This document shows, one piece after another, positions 24,236 to 38,620 of a stretch of DNA of 64,000 nt. This DNA comes from Mobula hypostoma (Eukaryota), in the NCBI RefSeq assembly GCF_963921235.1, contig NC_086098.1, forward strand, positions 212,784,001 to 212,848,000, given 5' to 3'. Position 1 is the stretch's first letter, and the number at the start of each line of letters is the position of its first letter. The notes beneath the pieces were generated by a model, which saw nothing but the letters and a program-made list of their open reading frames with translations, was not told where the DNA came from and did no database searches. The position numbers were made by a program, and so were the translations under genes.

Positions 24236-26124
24236 TATTGGCACAATTGCTGGTGGCTGTTGGTGGGAAAAAAGACAGAATCCCAGATACTTGTTGCACT
24301 AGATGAAGTGGATAGTTTTGTTATTTCTTCGGCCAAGAGCTTAACAGCTAGATTTGACAAGTTCAGACTTGTGGAATAAAGTATTATGCTTCAATATATT
24401 ATAAATTATACTAAATAGGATGGTTAATTTAAGTCTGCAACTAGACTATGAAATTCAAGTATATTACTAAAGACTAGTGAGAAGCATTATAAATTGCAGA
24501 TAAAAATCTAATAAAGTAAAATCTCAACTTCATAATCTGTCAGAGGTAAGAAAAGGAAATTCCCAATTACCGATATGTCATGTTACATGCTTTAAATAGA
24601 TTCCATCTTTAGTTGGTTATTCTGTTAATGACATTTTAGTATTTTTTTCATACTTCAGACTGCATGACAATTTTTGCACCATTCTGCTGTTTTGCACACA
24701 TCGGTATATTGATTGTTAAATGTATAAGTGAACTTGATGTGAATAAGGAATTTCATCACACCCTGATGTATACAACAATAAAATAATCTAACCTAACATG
24801 AAGAGAGTGGTTGCTGACCCTTCCCATATTTCTAGTGCATTGGGTCAAAAATGAAACATTTATTTAGTGATACCAGACCTCAAGTGTGACTGTTTCTTTG
24901 TAGTTCTGATCAAATTAAACTTAAAACACACTTTCTGGTAGTGATTTGTCTCGAAATCCCAAGAAAAAAGGTCATCAAAGGAGTTACATATTTTTCAGCT
25001 TGGGCATCATTCCAAGTTACCACAGCTGCCAATAGAAAGGACAGAAACAGACAACACAAAGTGGCATCTCAGTGACAACGCCCAGTAAATAAGATAATGT
25101 AACAGGATACCAAATATTACTTGCTTCAGTCCTCAAGGGGTTAAAGTGACCAGTTAGATCGTTATCCATTGCTTGATTGAGTTTAATAGTCATTCAGAGT
25201 GATTAAATCTGTCAGAGAAGAATCTAAATGGTTGTGGTAATGATGTGAGGGTGTTTGTCTTTGTCTGTTGTTCCCCCTTCTTCTATACACCCTTCACATC
25301 TTGTCTTAGGAACTACACGCCATCAGACTCACTTGACAACTAGAATCTATCCCTAAAATTAAAACATTCCTGACCTATCTCCGATGACAAGGCAGCCAAG
25401 CTTCTCAGCACTCAGGCGCATGAAGAAGCTGACACATTTGTTTTTAATTTCAAAAGAATATAAAGCAAAGATCTGACCCCGTCAATCAGCTTGGGTGACA
25501 AGTTTAATCATTTGTGCCCTACAAAATCTCAGCTAAATAGGAATGCAAATATGTTTCATAGGACTCTTATAAATGCTAATCAAGGCAAAGTAATCAACTG
25601 ACAATTTCACCGATCTCTTTTCAACAGAAGCCAGTCAAGTCACTGTCTCCTGACCACCTCATATAAAAGTCACAGTCAGAGCTTCATAAATCTTCTGAGA
25701 GCTTTACTGACGTGATGTAAAGTAAAATAAACAAAAACTCAGCCCTATGTCTGGAAAAAAAACAACTTGGTCATTAAGGATGGCCTGTCTCTTCAGATAT
25801 GGTTGAACACTGTACAATTAATATACAAAAGAGTTTAGTAGGACAACTTGTTGAATTAGCAATCTTCAAACATATATTTAATGTATGATTATAATGTCAT
25901 GTCACAGAGCATTTCCTTTGCATGTTTTGTATTTCAGTTCCTTCTTGCACATCTCAATGTGCAGATGTTACTGAGCATGCAAATATCAATTCTGAACTAA
26001 TTTTAGGTTTTAAATGGATCTTTAGCGGTTGCCAGAAGCTATATTAACATCCCAGTTTTATATTAGAATATCACAATATTTTAACTTTTAAATAGCAATA
26101 CCCCTGTTATTTTTGTGACGTATA

Positions 26125-26690
26125 ACGAGGCCCTCCATTGGTCAGGGTCGTCCATGGCTATTGTGTCCCAGCTGTCTACATGATACGCAATCCAGGGCAA
26201 TATGATATGGAAAGCAAACTGTTGTCCGCGTAGCAGGCTCCGGCTATCCATGCAGCAGATAAATTGAAAGGAATGGGAGAGACCAATACTGTTTGGCACC
26301 AACGGTGTTGCAGAAGTTGGCAGTCAGTGTTGAATCAACATAGGACTGCCTTAGGGATTCCAGCTCTGGATTTTTCCCTCGAGGTTTATTCCTGAAGCCT
26401 TCCCCATGAATGGATATAGCCACAAGGGAGCGGAAGTTTGAGATCAGAGTTTTCCTTCTCCTAGATGAGCTGCCAACCACAGCTGATGAGCCCCATCTGC
26501 CTGAGGCGACTGGTTCTAAGGCGCCAGAGTCCCTTCTGCAGAAGAAACTGTTCCACTGGGCATAGTAGCTAAGCCACATGTGAAGGCTAGGTGCTGGACT
26601 TGGTTGTCAGAGGCTATTTGAGATGCACAATTTTGGTAGCATTTAAAAGTTAGTGGGATCTTATCACTACTACCTCTCCCAGCGATTTCC
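26125..26690 (-). repeat. Interspersed repeat of about 0.5 kb, copy 2 (inverted relative to 18705-19222)
   Basis: Colinear reverse-complement matches to copy 1. Confidence 0.75.
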
Positions 26691-28129
26691 GTGACATTAA
26701 TACAACTGTATAGAATAAGCACCTCTTTTGAGGAGCTTTTAACTTTGCAAGATGTTGGAACACACACAAAATATAGAGTTGAATATAGTAATATAGAGCT
26801 GTATTCTATCTTTCAGATTTATAAATACCTCATGCTTTATTTTTTCTAATATCAACCAATATTTTAAAAGATGGTTGAAAATTCATAGGATTTCAATCTC
26901 CTTAAAGGCTGTCTTGCATTCCGACATCACTCTCAGAAATCATATTTGATTCTTTCTGAGTGCTCTGTGAATAGTGACATGTTCAATGTTAAAGCATAGT
27001 CCAGTGGGCACTCACATTGACAACAAGAGCACAAGAGGCCAGCAAAGATGATCACATATTTCTATATTCAGTGTAACTCATGAGGACAGAACATAATGTC
27101 CCAGCAGTCCACCAAGTAATTTGCTTGGATATTTATATGAATGTTACTTTCAGAATAAAGAAGTGCCGTGTTTCACATAAAGAATACAAATGGGAAAGTT
27201 CTGTTAAAATTGTGTTTCACTCTGCTACACAGCATTGCGAGACCTTGGCCACATCACAAAATGACCTTGCACTTACAATCAGTCCTATCACTTCAAATGA
27301 TGCCATAACTGACTATTCTGCACCTTTTACTATTATGTTCCTTTCATTTTAATGTATTATGTTAAAATATAAACCAATTAACACAGAAAGTTGAGAAAGA
27401 AATGTACTTTCTTTCAGAAGCTATGCAGTCTTTTCCATCATCAAACTGCTGATGATGCATAAACACAGTGTATTTGGAATTTCATCATTTAACCAATGAT
27501 TCAGCCTATGAATCACGTCTCTCTAACATTTTCAACAACAAATAATTGCTCCAAATTTGTAACGGGTGCAGTGTTAACCAATTATTAAAGGAATAATTAG
27601 AAAGATCATGTGCTGGAAATTCTACTGCATAATTGTAACATCTATGGCTACCAAATGAATGAATTGTTTCAGTGTAGTAAATAGACCTTATCTTTCTTGA
27701 CGCTAAATTTATAGGTGGAATACAGTTCTGAATCCTGCAAAATTGTACCTGACTTCAAATCCTGTATGCATGGTGTTCTTCTACAGTCATAGTATGAAAC
27801 AGCACTAAAACAGGACATGAAATGAACCATGTCCATGGTGACTATTCCTGCTCATAGAGACAAAGGGTTGTAGAATCAGGGCTACAATCTGCATCTTTCT
27901 TTCTGTCTACAATACCCCACTTGTACCAGTCTACTTTGTGAAGCTGGGGCCTGCAGGTGACCTTTAGGGAAATAAGGGCAAGGTAGTGTAGGAGTGAATA
28001 CTATTTAAGTAGGGATGTGGGATGATCACAAAAAATGATAACTCGTACCTGAAGAGAGCTGGGGTGATAGTGGAAGAGTGTCTGCTAATGCTCTTCTGGA
28101 CGGTTGAGCTAACTTGTGCCACATTTGTC

Positions 28130-28530
28130 AGAAAACTAAAGCCGTTGGAATAAAAGTGACAGTGGCAGAATGGTTAATCATTGGTTTAGTGGCAGGAAAC
28201 ACTGGTAAATAGTTTTTTTAACCAACAGAAAGTATGCAAAAATGTTTCCTGGAGTCAGTGCTGGGACCATTGCTTTTATTGATACATATCAATGACTTGG
28301 ACTTGGATTTGGATAATAGGAAAGAAACTCAAAACTTAGGAATGACAAAATATTATAAAGTGTGTTACACTGAGGGAAGAGAGCAATAGACTTAAGAAAA
28401 TATTGACAAGCTAGTAGAATTAGGTGAACTCTAGCTCATAAAGCCTAATGATCCATTTTTTGTAGAAAACCTAGAGAACCGAAAGATGAAAACAAAGTAT
28501 ACAATTTAAACAGAGTGCAAGTACACGTGG
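28130..28530 (+). mobile_element. Old CR1 RT fragment
   Basis: TCAGTGCTGGGACCATTGCTTTTATTGATACATATCAATGACTTGGAC (SVLGPLLLLIHINDLD). Confidence 0.7.
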
Positions 28531-28633
28531 ACCTTTATTCTGTTTTGGAACCAATGTACTTTAGCAAAACTCTATGGGGTAGAACTTCTTCATGTTTTCA
28601 TTACAATTATAGAAGTACACATTGTGCACACAA

Positions 28634-29280
28634 TGTCATGGTCCAGTCTGTTAACTACTCATTTCAGTTAATTTCCTATTCCCTGTGTTCCACTGGGCTT
28701 CTTGATTAGGGCACCTGATCATCTTCCGAACCAGCAGGATAAAAACTCCGGCTTACAGTTATTTGGGGCTGGTCCGTCACCATAGCCAGGGCGGCGACGA
28801 ATGTTCCGAGCTGCCAAGAATAAGGGACTGTCTTCCGAGCTACCAAGAATAAGGGACTGTCTTCATGAGCTTCTCCGTGTCAAGATTCACATCGTCTCGT
28901 GTCCAGCTGAGTACTGCCGGCCGTTTTGCCACTGCTCCGAGCTGGGATGCGAGTGGTCTGTTGTTGTTTTGTTTTGAAGGCTCCGAGTCCCAGACCAAGT
29001 CAAGGCTTCGAGTCCCAGTCAAGGCTTTGTGTCCAGTCAAGTGATTGCTGGCCGTTTGCCGCTTCATGAGCTTCTCCATGTCAAGATACGTATCGTCTGT
29101 TATTGCTTGGTTTAGTTGTCTCGTTTCCAGCTGAGTAGGTCTGGCCGTTTGCCACTACTCTGAGTACGGAATTCTGTCTCTCCGTGTCCAAGTCCAGGCT
29201 CAAGTCCAAGTCCATCTCTGTGTCAAGTCTCCGTGCCTGTGTCCTGCTCTTGGGTCCGCTCCATATGTCCCATTGCAACA
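28634..29280 (+). mobile_element. Probable Gypsy-type solo LTR (647 bp) with internal repeats
   Basis: TGTCATG...TGCAACA termini; flanks CACAA/CACAG (4 of 5); TATA-like GATAAAAA near 28738; U5-like CCTGCTCTTGGGTCC; 29-bp tandem pair near 28804-28862 and a longer repeat at 28862/29063. Confidence 0.7.
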
Positions 29281-31489
29281 CACAGCTACTTAGTCATATA
29301 CAGTGCTGAGATTTTAGATGAAGACACATAGCACAGTGGAAAAATATTGTGCATCACCATAAAACAATCAGTATATTGAAATTCACAGATGCAACATTTA
29401 CACAATACAAGAATTATATCTTCAAGAGACAGAAATTAAACTTAATAATTAATTTAATAATGTGTTAAAATATCTCAGTTAAATTTTCATTGGGAAAGAC
29501 AGTGTAGCTGCTAATTTTCTGACCTTCAAGCAAACTTTAGACAAATGACTGGAAGATCTCCCATTTAAATTTAACCCAATCATTTCAATGTGCATCTTTG
29601 GTCATTTATACTGGCTGTTGTAGTACAAAATTGCATTCATTGTGCATCATTCCCATCTGCTTAAGACACTAGATTCTTTGCTAAACCATCCAAGGTAAAG
29701 TACAGTTGGGTATTATAATTACAAGTGTAACCATAAGTCTGATGCACTTATTTCTGCTTCTTCATCCCCCTTTAAACTCTTTTTCTGTTCCAGCGGAACT
29801 TCAGCATAAGTTTTCTTTAATAATCACTGTTATTTCGAGTACTATTTCAATTAGCAGGAACAAGGTTGTAGGTATATCTTGATTCCTGATATTGGGTTTG
29901 CTTCAAGAATAAAATGTATGCGAAATTCCTTTTACATAACATACTGTGGTTCTCAACATTAATGTAAATAGTACCCATAATATTAATTTATTTGCTGCTT
30001 TAAATTCAAAATTTTAGACTAGCATGTAAGTTTAATAGCTGTTTATCACTTTGTTATTTAGACTTACATTTTAGCTAAAGGAGCTCTCCCACCATTTCCT
30101 CAAAAGACCATAAATCCTTCTGAAGAACAGTAAATTCCTTCAATATCCCACTAAATAAATTACATATTGTATTAAAGATTTAAAAAAACAGAACAGCAAT
30201 CAATTGTAATATAGTTGAGTTAAACGTTTGCAGTGGATTAATTAAGCCACAGACATTCTGGGGAAGAAAAGTCCATGAACAAAGGCATGTATTTGTGTGG
30301 AGTGATAAAGACTCCGATGATTTATTTAGGCACAGTGCCAAAACCAGAGGCTTTGATTTAGACTTTTTGTACCAGACAGGCTTGGGAAAGTTGATGTCTT
30401 AAGTAGATGCTAATGGGAGACGATCATCAGCAACGTGTTCTTAATTATCTACAGTAAAATAAAAAAATGTGAATTGACTCAGCTAAGTACTGGAAGTAAT
30501 ACAGTGCTTTTGTTGTCTCTTACTATATTATTCTACTACACCACTTTTGGTAGTGTTCCAACACTGAGCCATAAGTGTTACAATCAGCATCAACTTTGTG
30601 TGTAATTGAAAAGTAGCATTTGTTTAATGTGTCAGAGGGAAATTATTTTATTCCAAATAATTGAACATCCCAAGTCAAAAGCTCCATTTACTTTTGGCTG
30701 ATGACAATCCATTCAGTTCTGGGTTAGGCTCTTGCCAGCCTGACTGGAAGCACCCTGTACTACCTGCACCCCATGGTTATTTATATTTATATATTTGAAT
30801 AAATATCTATTTATATTTATTTAGCGATATAGTATGGTAATAGGCCCTTTGCCCCAATAGATCCACACCGCCCAGTTGTATGCATGTCCACAAATTAACC
30901 TGCTTGACAGTAGCTGAAGGTCCATGTTTGTTCTTTGGCCACAATTAAAGATACAACTCCTCCAAACTGGAAATGTCATAGTGTGCCCAAGAATGGCAAT
31001 AATATTCAAAGGACTTTTACTTTTGCTTTAACAAGTTGGATTATGCTCAATAAATATCTTCATTCTTCACTACCTCCATCTGGAATAGTTACTAATCATG
31101 AATGATTTAGAAATCCTTGTTGATTGGTACAAGCAAAAAGGAAGGCAGGCTGGAAATATGCGACAGCTTGAATTAGAATGAAAGCTTCTTTGTGATCATC
31201 ATCGTCAATGATGGCAGTCATTGTACCCAGCACCATGTTCCCTTTCTTTCATCCACTAAAATAAGTTGATGCCAATTGCTAGTTTATGTTATTATCAAAT
31301 TTTAATAAATGCATGAAGGAAAAAGGAGATATACAGAGAAATATCTACAACCTCCAAGTTGCATCATTTTGTGGAAGAGAATTAACCCATTCCCAGACGA
31401 CCGTCACAGGAGTTCTAACCAAGTCATAACAGCCCACTTATGCTTTCCATGGAATGGGATTCCAACATTAAAATGAAGAGAACACGCTA

Positions 31490-31766
31490 GTGGTAGAGTG
31501 GTTAAATTACAAGCCTGGTAGCCCAGACCTGTGGACTATCAGTATGTAATGGGAGATCACCATCAGGCTTAGTAATGATGACAAAGCTATCTGTTTCAAG
31601 AATTCCTTCTGTGAACAAAACCTATCATCACACCTCCTCTGACCAAAATGTGACTGCAGATTCACAGCTATGTAAATAAGTATGATGTGACCTAGCAAGC
31701 CACTCTTTTTAGGGACAATACCAATGGACCATAAACATTAGCCTTGCCACATCCTGAGAAATAAAA
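31490..31766 (+). mobile_element. Old SINE-like element with a tail shared with the 57.5 kb LINE family
   Basis: ATGTGACTGCAGATTCACAGCTATGT, CCTAGCAAGCCACTC, ATAAACATTAGCCTTGCCACATCCTGAGAAATAAAA. Confidence 0.5.
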
Positions 31767-34700
31767 GTTCCAATAATTTGTACTATAGCTTTAAGGTGAT
31801 AATTTCAAATCGATCAAAAACGCAAAATGTTGTATGATACTCCAGAAAATGGGCTTGTGATGAATTAGTTTCATACTGTCTCAGTATTTTATACCTTCCA
31901 TGAAAGTCAAGTAAGAATACAAAGTTCAAGAGTTGTGTAAATTTGGCTGTTAATTTGTTCTGGTCCTGTTCTGCATTGCTTCCAAAAGCCAATTCACCTC
32001 AAGAGTCTCTGAATGCCAGGTACAAGCCAAAATACAAAAGAATATGAGATTATCACCTAATGTTGCTGTACAAACCACAACCAGATCTAGTACACAGCGA
32101 AAAAATTATACAACTCCTTCACACAATATGGTTTGTGATTTCCATTTGTGGAATCATGTTCAACTATTGTTATTTCTGGGGACATGATACTCCCAGGTAT
32201 ATGAATTTAGTCAAATTACACTCCAAAATAAACATTTCAAAAACTTAGCAACACACACAAAAGGCCAGTTCACATTAAGTTCAAAAACTTATGTGATTCT
32301 ATTTGCATCAATGACAAAAGTTGGCATTTACTTTCATAATGAGTTGTGTGATTATAACTCAAAATAATTTTGTGGTTATGTAATGTTTGAGAACTTCTGA
32401 AAGGTCAAAAGGTGAACTGTATATTTTATTCTTTTATTAGAAGCATTTTTTGACAGCACATCATACGATTTTGTGGTGGCAGATATGTCCAACAACTCCC
32501 ACACATCAAGATCCTTAATTAGGTCCAGTCTATCCTGATAGAGATTAACGTGAAGTTGATTTTCTCAACTCCACTCTTCTATTTCATAATAGCTTTTCTG
32601 AGTGGCAAAGACCAAGAAGATCAATTCTTGCCAATAAATCAGTCAAACAAGAAAAACAAGTTCTAATGAATATGCATTATGAAAGTATATTTATGCATAT
32701 TTTGAAAGGAAATATAAAAATGTCATTAAAATCAATGTCTGGATAATAATTAAGTGGAATGTCAGTTCATATGCGCTAAAATATTAACACTAAAAAGACT
32801 GTTGACATTTATTTTCCCTCAGAAATATGAGAAGATGCACAAATCAGGCCTTAATCTTTAAATTTGATCTAGACCACTTTCTGTAAGTTTGAAGCTTTTG
32901 TAAGATTTGTGCTGATCATCAGAAGCAATTGCAAAAATGCAGAAGAATGGAGTTGGAGCATTTTGCTTCAGTTAAACCTATGTTTCCAACAAAATGAACT
33001 GCACCAAGTAATCCAGGAGGCAGCATGCAGGATGAGGATCAGTTTCCAATGATTCTTACATAGTGACTGGAAATGGTGAATTCAAAACCCTGTCCTTATG
33101 AAGCAATACCATCAGTAACAGCTGGATCAGAACCTGGAACTTTCCATTGATTTTGTGAGGGAACCTTTACTATAGTTACTGCAGGAGTTCAAGAAGGTGC
33201 CTCACTAGCACCATCCAAAGGATAAACAGATATGGGAAAGAAATTATAGTCTTGTCAGCAATGGCCAAGACCATAAGGTTAATATAAAATAAATTAACAA
33301 TTATAAAAGAAAAGGAAAACCAAATGTCAACATTTGTTAGGTTATAAATAAGTCATATGTAATTTGGATCAGCATTTGAACTTTTTCAAAAACATTAAGG
33401 TCTAGAAATTGATTTGTGCCATTAAAAGAATGCAGTGACCATTATGGAGTATAGCAAAAGGTGTTCACCACTGGAATATTTGGTCAAGATGCAAAAATAA
33501 ACACAGTGAGGGGGTGGAGAGAAGGTGGAGGGATGGAAAAGAGGTCCAGTATTTTGTGGCTGATTTTAAGGTGAGAAAATAGGGTGGTCCAGAGAGGGAA
33601 ATGAGCTTATTCCTGGAAGCAAGTGACTCACAGGGAAGGAAATCATTAAGTTGTTGTGGGCTAGGCTGGAGTTCAGCACAGGTGGAGTGGGACGAGGGTT
33701 TAGGATGCTGAACAGAGTAATTAAGTTACATAAAATTAAATGGGACTTTCTCTGGTTAGCTTGCCTTTGTTATGTGGAAAGTGGGCTAGGAGCCAGTCTT
33801 TGGAGGTAAACCATGGGGAATGATACACTGCATATGTTTGATCAAACTACCAGGTAATTTGAATTTATTGTAATCATATTCCATACCGAACGTAATTGAT
33901 TTTCAACTTGTAACTTGTGTACAGTCTTGCATGGCTGAATTGTTAAGTGCAAAATCTCAAAATAATTACCACAATTAATATCATTATCCCAATTAATACT
34001 CCAATTAAATCAAACTGATCAAATTGTCAGGTAAAGCAGAAGTCCACTTAAGTACTCCAAGTCAGAGCTTATTTTCTATATTCTATATTTCTAAATAAGT
34101 TATTCTTATTTTCTTCAAGGATTTTACTGTGGCCAAAAAGAGAAATATCAGAGCTAATCAAACATAATTTGTGTTAAGGGGTTTGAAAGATATAATCTAT
34201 ATTCCCAGATATAACGTACAAAGGATATCTTCAATCATTCCTCCAGTTTCAAGAGACAACCAGGATCTGTGGGCCTTATATGTAGGATCTGTATCAAATG
34301 ACTCAATGAAACATTGCATTTTCTTGTTTGTAGTGCTCCATAACCAAGAAACACTAGTTTATTCAGAGTAATAAATATCTAGGACTTTTTTTTCTCCAAA
34401 TGAATGGATCAAATGAAATTGATAGATTTTTGTTAGGTAATAATACCAAGGATAGCGTCTATAAGAGGTAAAGTAAGTTAAATGCACATTAACCATGATG
34501 CAATTAAATGACAGAATTGAATCAAAGGGTTGAACGGCTTACTCCTGTTTTCATGTTCCAAAATGAACTTCTCTCTCCTGTGGATTTACCAATTATGAGT
34601 GAATCGATTCTACCTTTGATGTTGCTTTAACAGATGAATTAAAACAATATGCATTTCAGGTTACTGTCTGCGTGCTTTATTTAACTTGGAATGGTCCCAA

Positions 34701-36849
34701 ACGAACATAACAAAAAATACCATGGTATTGAAAACTGAGTTAACCCAGAGACTGCTGATTTTGCATATATATCTGGGCATTTCAGTATGTTTAGGAAAAT
34801 CCACCATCTCTCTTTCGTTCTCCCTTACGTATTTTTTACTGGTGAAAAACTCTCACAATAGTTTCAATAGTAATATATCATACAAAGTTCATTTCATTCT
34901 CAGTGGTCTGAAAAATAATTGCTCTTGCTCAGAAGATAGCCAGTTTTTACTAATGCTTCTTAAAGGGCCAACTGCATTGAAACATGTTTTCTTTGTCCTA
35001 ACTGAGATCCAGATCCTCCTATATCCTCAAATGTAACCTCACATTTGTGGTTGACTATTTTACCTGTAGAAGTCAGGGTCAAATTCACTCTAATTCTCCC
35101 AGCCTCAGGCTCAACCTAAGCTGCTGATGAACTCTGCCATATCACAGTCTTCTTCTCACTACTCCAGTTAGAAGGTCACTTCTTCTTCTTCTTTTTTTTG
35201 AGTTTTTACGGCAGTTGGCATCCACACTGTTGTATTACTACCATCTTCAGAATTTATTGTCTCTCATTGTCCATTCACTTTAAAGCAAAGACGGTCACTT
35301 AAATTTCACAATGAAGGGCAATCTTCATCCACAGAGGAGGCAGAACAGGGCACTGAGTGCAGACGTTCGTGGATATGGCACACATCCACACAGGGACTTC
35401 TGTGACATCTTCCAGTCAGCCCATCTTTATAGCTCACACACAAAGAACATGGCTTCAGCAGGTTTTGTTATTTACTACTCCAGGTCTCTCTAACCACCTC
35501 CCTTGTGAATCATGCATTCATTCTGTAGCAACATTCACCCATGGCTAGAAGAGTAATTAACTCATTCAAATTTTCATGAGAGTTGCAACTATTCCATGTC
35601 TTAGTATGACAGAGAGACAAACTTTTCATTGCAATTTGCTACCCCATTTCAGGGATATTATTACTGAATGGTCCCCTCATAGAGTCAGATGGATGACAAT
35701 GTCCAAGTAGTCAATCACTTCAATATTCAAGATTCAATGTGCATTTATTATCAAAGAAAGTATGAATCATACAGCTTGAGATTTGACTGCTTATAGGCAG
35801 TCACAAAGCAAGAACCCCGAGGAACCCAATAAGGAAAGAAAGAGCAAAACCACTGCGCAGAGAAAGAGAAAGAAAAAATCACAATCATGTGAGCAATTGA
35901 AGAAAGCGACAGTGTTCCGGTCAGTGAAATCAATGCTCACTTGAATGTCCTTTTAGGTGCTGGGTGCAACAATAGCACCTGCTGTGTTACATCAAGAGGA
36001 ACAATGCCAGTACAGCACAGAGTTACAGAAAAACTTAGCAATGTTGTTGTATCAAACTTGCAACTGGAAGTCTCACTCTTTATTTAACTTTCAGCTTTAT
36101 GTGAACCACAGTGCTCTTTAAATGCCATAAAAAAGAGTGTTCAGCAAATTGAAGGCCAGCACCTTAGATGTGAAATAAGACAGATCTCCATTGAGTTAAA
36201 AATGAGTTCACTTTTGACATCGAGTAAGAGTGTCAAACACACATGGGAGAGGACAGCACAAATCAAATGCTCATTTTACTCTGCCCTAACATGATTTAAT
36301 GCAGAATTTCAAAAGGATGCTTCAATCATTTGTGATTTTCAACATTCCCAAGACCCATTTTTATGTTCTTTTTGAGTGAAGGAAACAATTCAGCAAGAAA
36401 TTGGAAGCTGATTCATGACCCAATCATACAACCAATAGAAATAGAGGAAAATCATCAAATTCATTTCAAACTGAAGTCTTAAAGGTGAATTGAAGGAATT
36501 TTCTATACTGTATTTTACCCTGCACTTTCTGTCAATGGTTGCCTCTGTCTGACTTTTGATCCTTTAGGAATAGCTTACCTAAATTTCTCTAATGCATTAA
36601 GAATTGAAGCAATTCATCAACAGTCAATTCCATAAACTCTCCTCTCTACAGATCTTCACACAAACAGTCTGGACCATATTCCAACCCTAATTTCTAATGC
36701 AAATGACCAACATGTTAATATGATTTAACACAACCGCTAAGGTTAGTGTGTGCTTCAGTTTTCTGGAATAGGGCATTGCGGTTACTTCTATATAAAATCC
36801 ACAGCTACAGAATTAAGACAGGAAACTCTTAAACTATTCTTCTCAACTT

Positions 36850-37135
36850 CCAAATAACCCAAAGTGCTTAACAGTCAATTTAGTACTTTTAAAAATATAA
36901 TCGCTGTTGTAGAGAATATTATAAACTTTTTGCACATGTCATAGTAAGAAATTAAGCAGGTAAATAACAAAGATACACTCTCACAATGAAAACAAACGGG
37001 ATCCTTTCATATTCCTCAGTCTTGAACAAAAGACAACACAGTTAACATGTTAGCACTCCAGCACTGCCCTAGAATCTCAGTAATGGAGTGAGAGCTGAAG
37101 TGACTAACTTTGCGGAGGGAGGCACTGCTGAGAGC
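36850..37135 (-). mobile_element. Highly degraded Deu-SINE-like remnant
   Basis: CCCAAAGTGCTT..GGGATCCTTTCATAT..GCACTCCAGCACTGC resembles the reverse of Deu-domain SINEs, from memory only. Confidence 0.35.
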
Positions 37136-38029
37136 ATAGAAAGAATAGCAGATTTGAAAATCTAAATGCATGTTTCAGATGGAGAATGTTGACTATAAGC
37201 TTGTTCTTGGGTGCAAGAAGGTGAGGAGATAACTAAAATGGACTCTCAGATTTCACCAGTTTCTACTTGTGTTTAATCTTAACATGATCAGATGAATAAA
37301 TGGAAGCTTGAAGTGACTCTGAACATGCAGAACATGGTCTCAAGACAATACCAAGCTCGAACTGCAAGATTAGTAGTTGGAACAGGTCAGTACACAGGAA
37401 GACGCTTAAGAAGGCTACTGGATTTTACAGTCTCTGTGGGCCACAATAATCAGATGCGTTGTTCCATGTCACACAATAAGACTGCTGATCATCACTTTGA
37501 CCATGAATTCATCCTAACCATTTACTTGATGGCAATTTGTTCCCAGCTGCTGAATCAGCTGTCTATCTGGCCTGTCTATGCTTATCTCCAGATCGGTTAA
37601 AATGGGGGCTTAAGCATTCTTTCACTTCATTTATAATTTTATTTAATTTTCCTGGCAAACATTATGAGCGTTACCATTGATTTTACTACCTAAAAAGAAC
37701 TAACATTCCGCAAAAACAAACACATAATTTTAGTTGGTTGGGGGAGTTATCACTAGTTGACTTACATACGTTAAGTGATATTTTTCTTGGATTGTTACAC
37801 CTTTTGTTTGCAGATTTATGAATAAGATTTTGCATTCTACAGTATTATCTGACAATTTTATGGTTATTCTTCTCTGGATAATATATCTCAGCAATTTATT
37901 AGATTGGCAATCCTCAATAAAATATTCGGCAGCACACACCATTTCACAGGAGTGTGTGTTTCATAAGAAAGTAGACTTATCCCCAAGTAGCATTTTAATT
38001 TATGTATTATAAAGCAGAATCTGATTGAA

Positions 38030-38620
38030 AGACTCAGCCAGTCAGCATCTGTGGAGTGAGAAACGGGGTTAATTTTTCAAGTGGAGACAAAAGAAACTGC
38101 AGACGCTGGAATGTGGAGCAAAAAAACAATCTGCAGGAGAAACCCAGCAGGTTGAGCAGCATTTGTGAGGGAAAAGGATGGCTGATGTTTCAGAACGAAA
38201 CCCTGCATCAGGACTGAAATATCAACTAGCTGAGTTCCTGAGTTCGTAAATATTTCAGTTTTATGATGTCGCCAGAATAGGGTAAAGTTAGAAATCAAAG
38301 ATGTTTTAACTTGCAGAGAAGGGGAAGAAGAGGAGGGAATAACAGAAATGTCTGTATGAAGGTGGCGACCAAGAGATACAGAAATACAATAACCTCATTG
38401 ATGCCAGATGAGAGAGGATGGGGAGTACTGGTTAATTTCAGCCAATCCATCAAGACGAGATAGAAATAGAAGATGAATGAAGATGGGGGAGTGCAGAACA
38501 AAATAAACATGAGAACTGTGAAATACAGAAAACTGCTATGATTGGAAATTAAAGGAGAATGTTGGAAATTCTCAGCAGGTCAGTCAGTAACCATGTAGAA
38601 AGCAATAGAGTTAATCGTTC
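38030..38620 (-). repeat. Cluster of Penelope-derived repeats, including a degenerate hammerhead motif at 38180-38216
   Basis: Reverse strand CAGTC-CTGATGC-AGGGTTTCGTTCT-GAAA-CA-TC; AAACTGCAGACGCTGGAAT; purine-rich tract. Confidence 0.7.

Noticed and set aside
28804-28862. Direct repeats as a CRISPR-like array
   Set aside because: Two adjacent 29-bp units with no spacers, inside an LTR in eukaryotic DNA
34686-35036. 116-aa ORF
   Set aside because: No recognisable motif or splice context; composition typical of random AT-rich DNA
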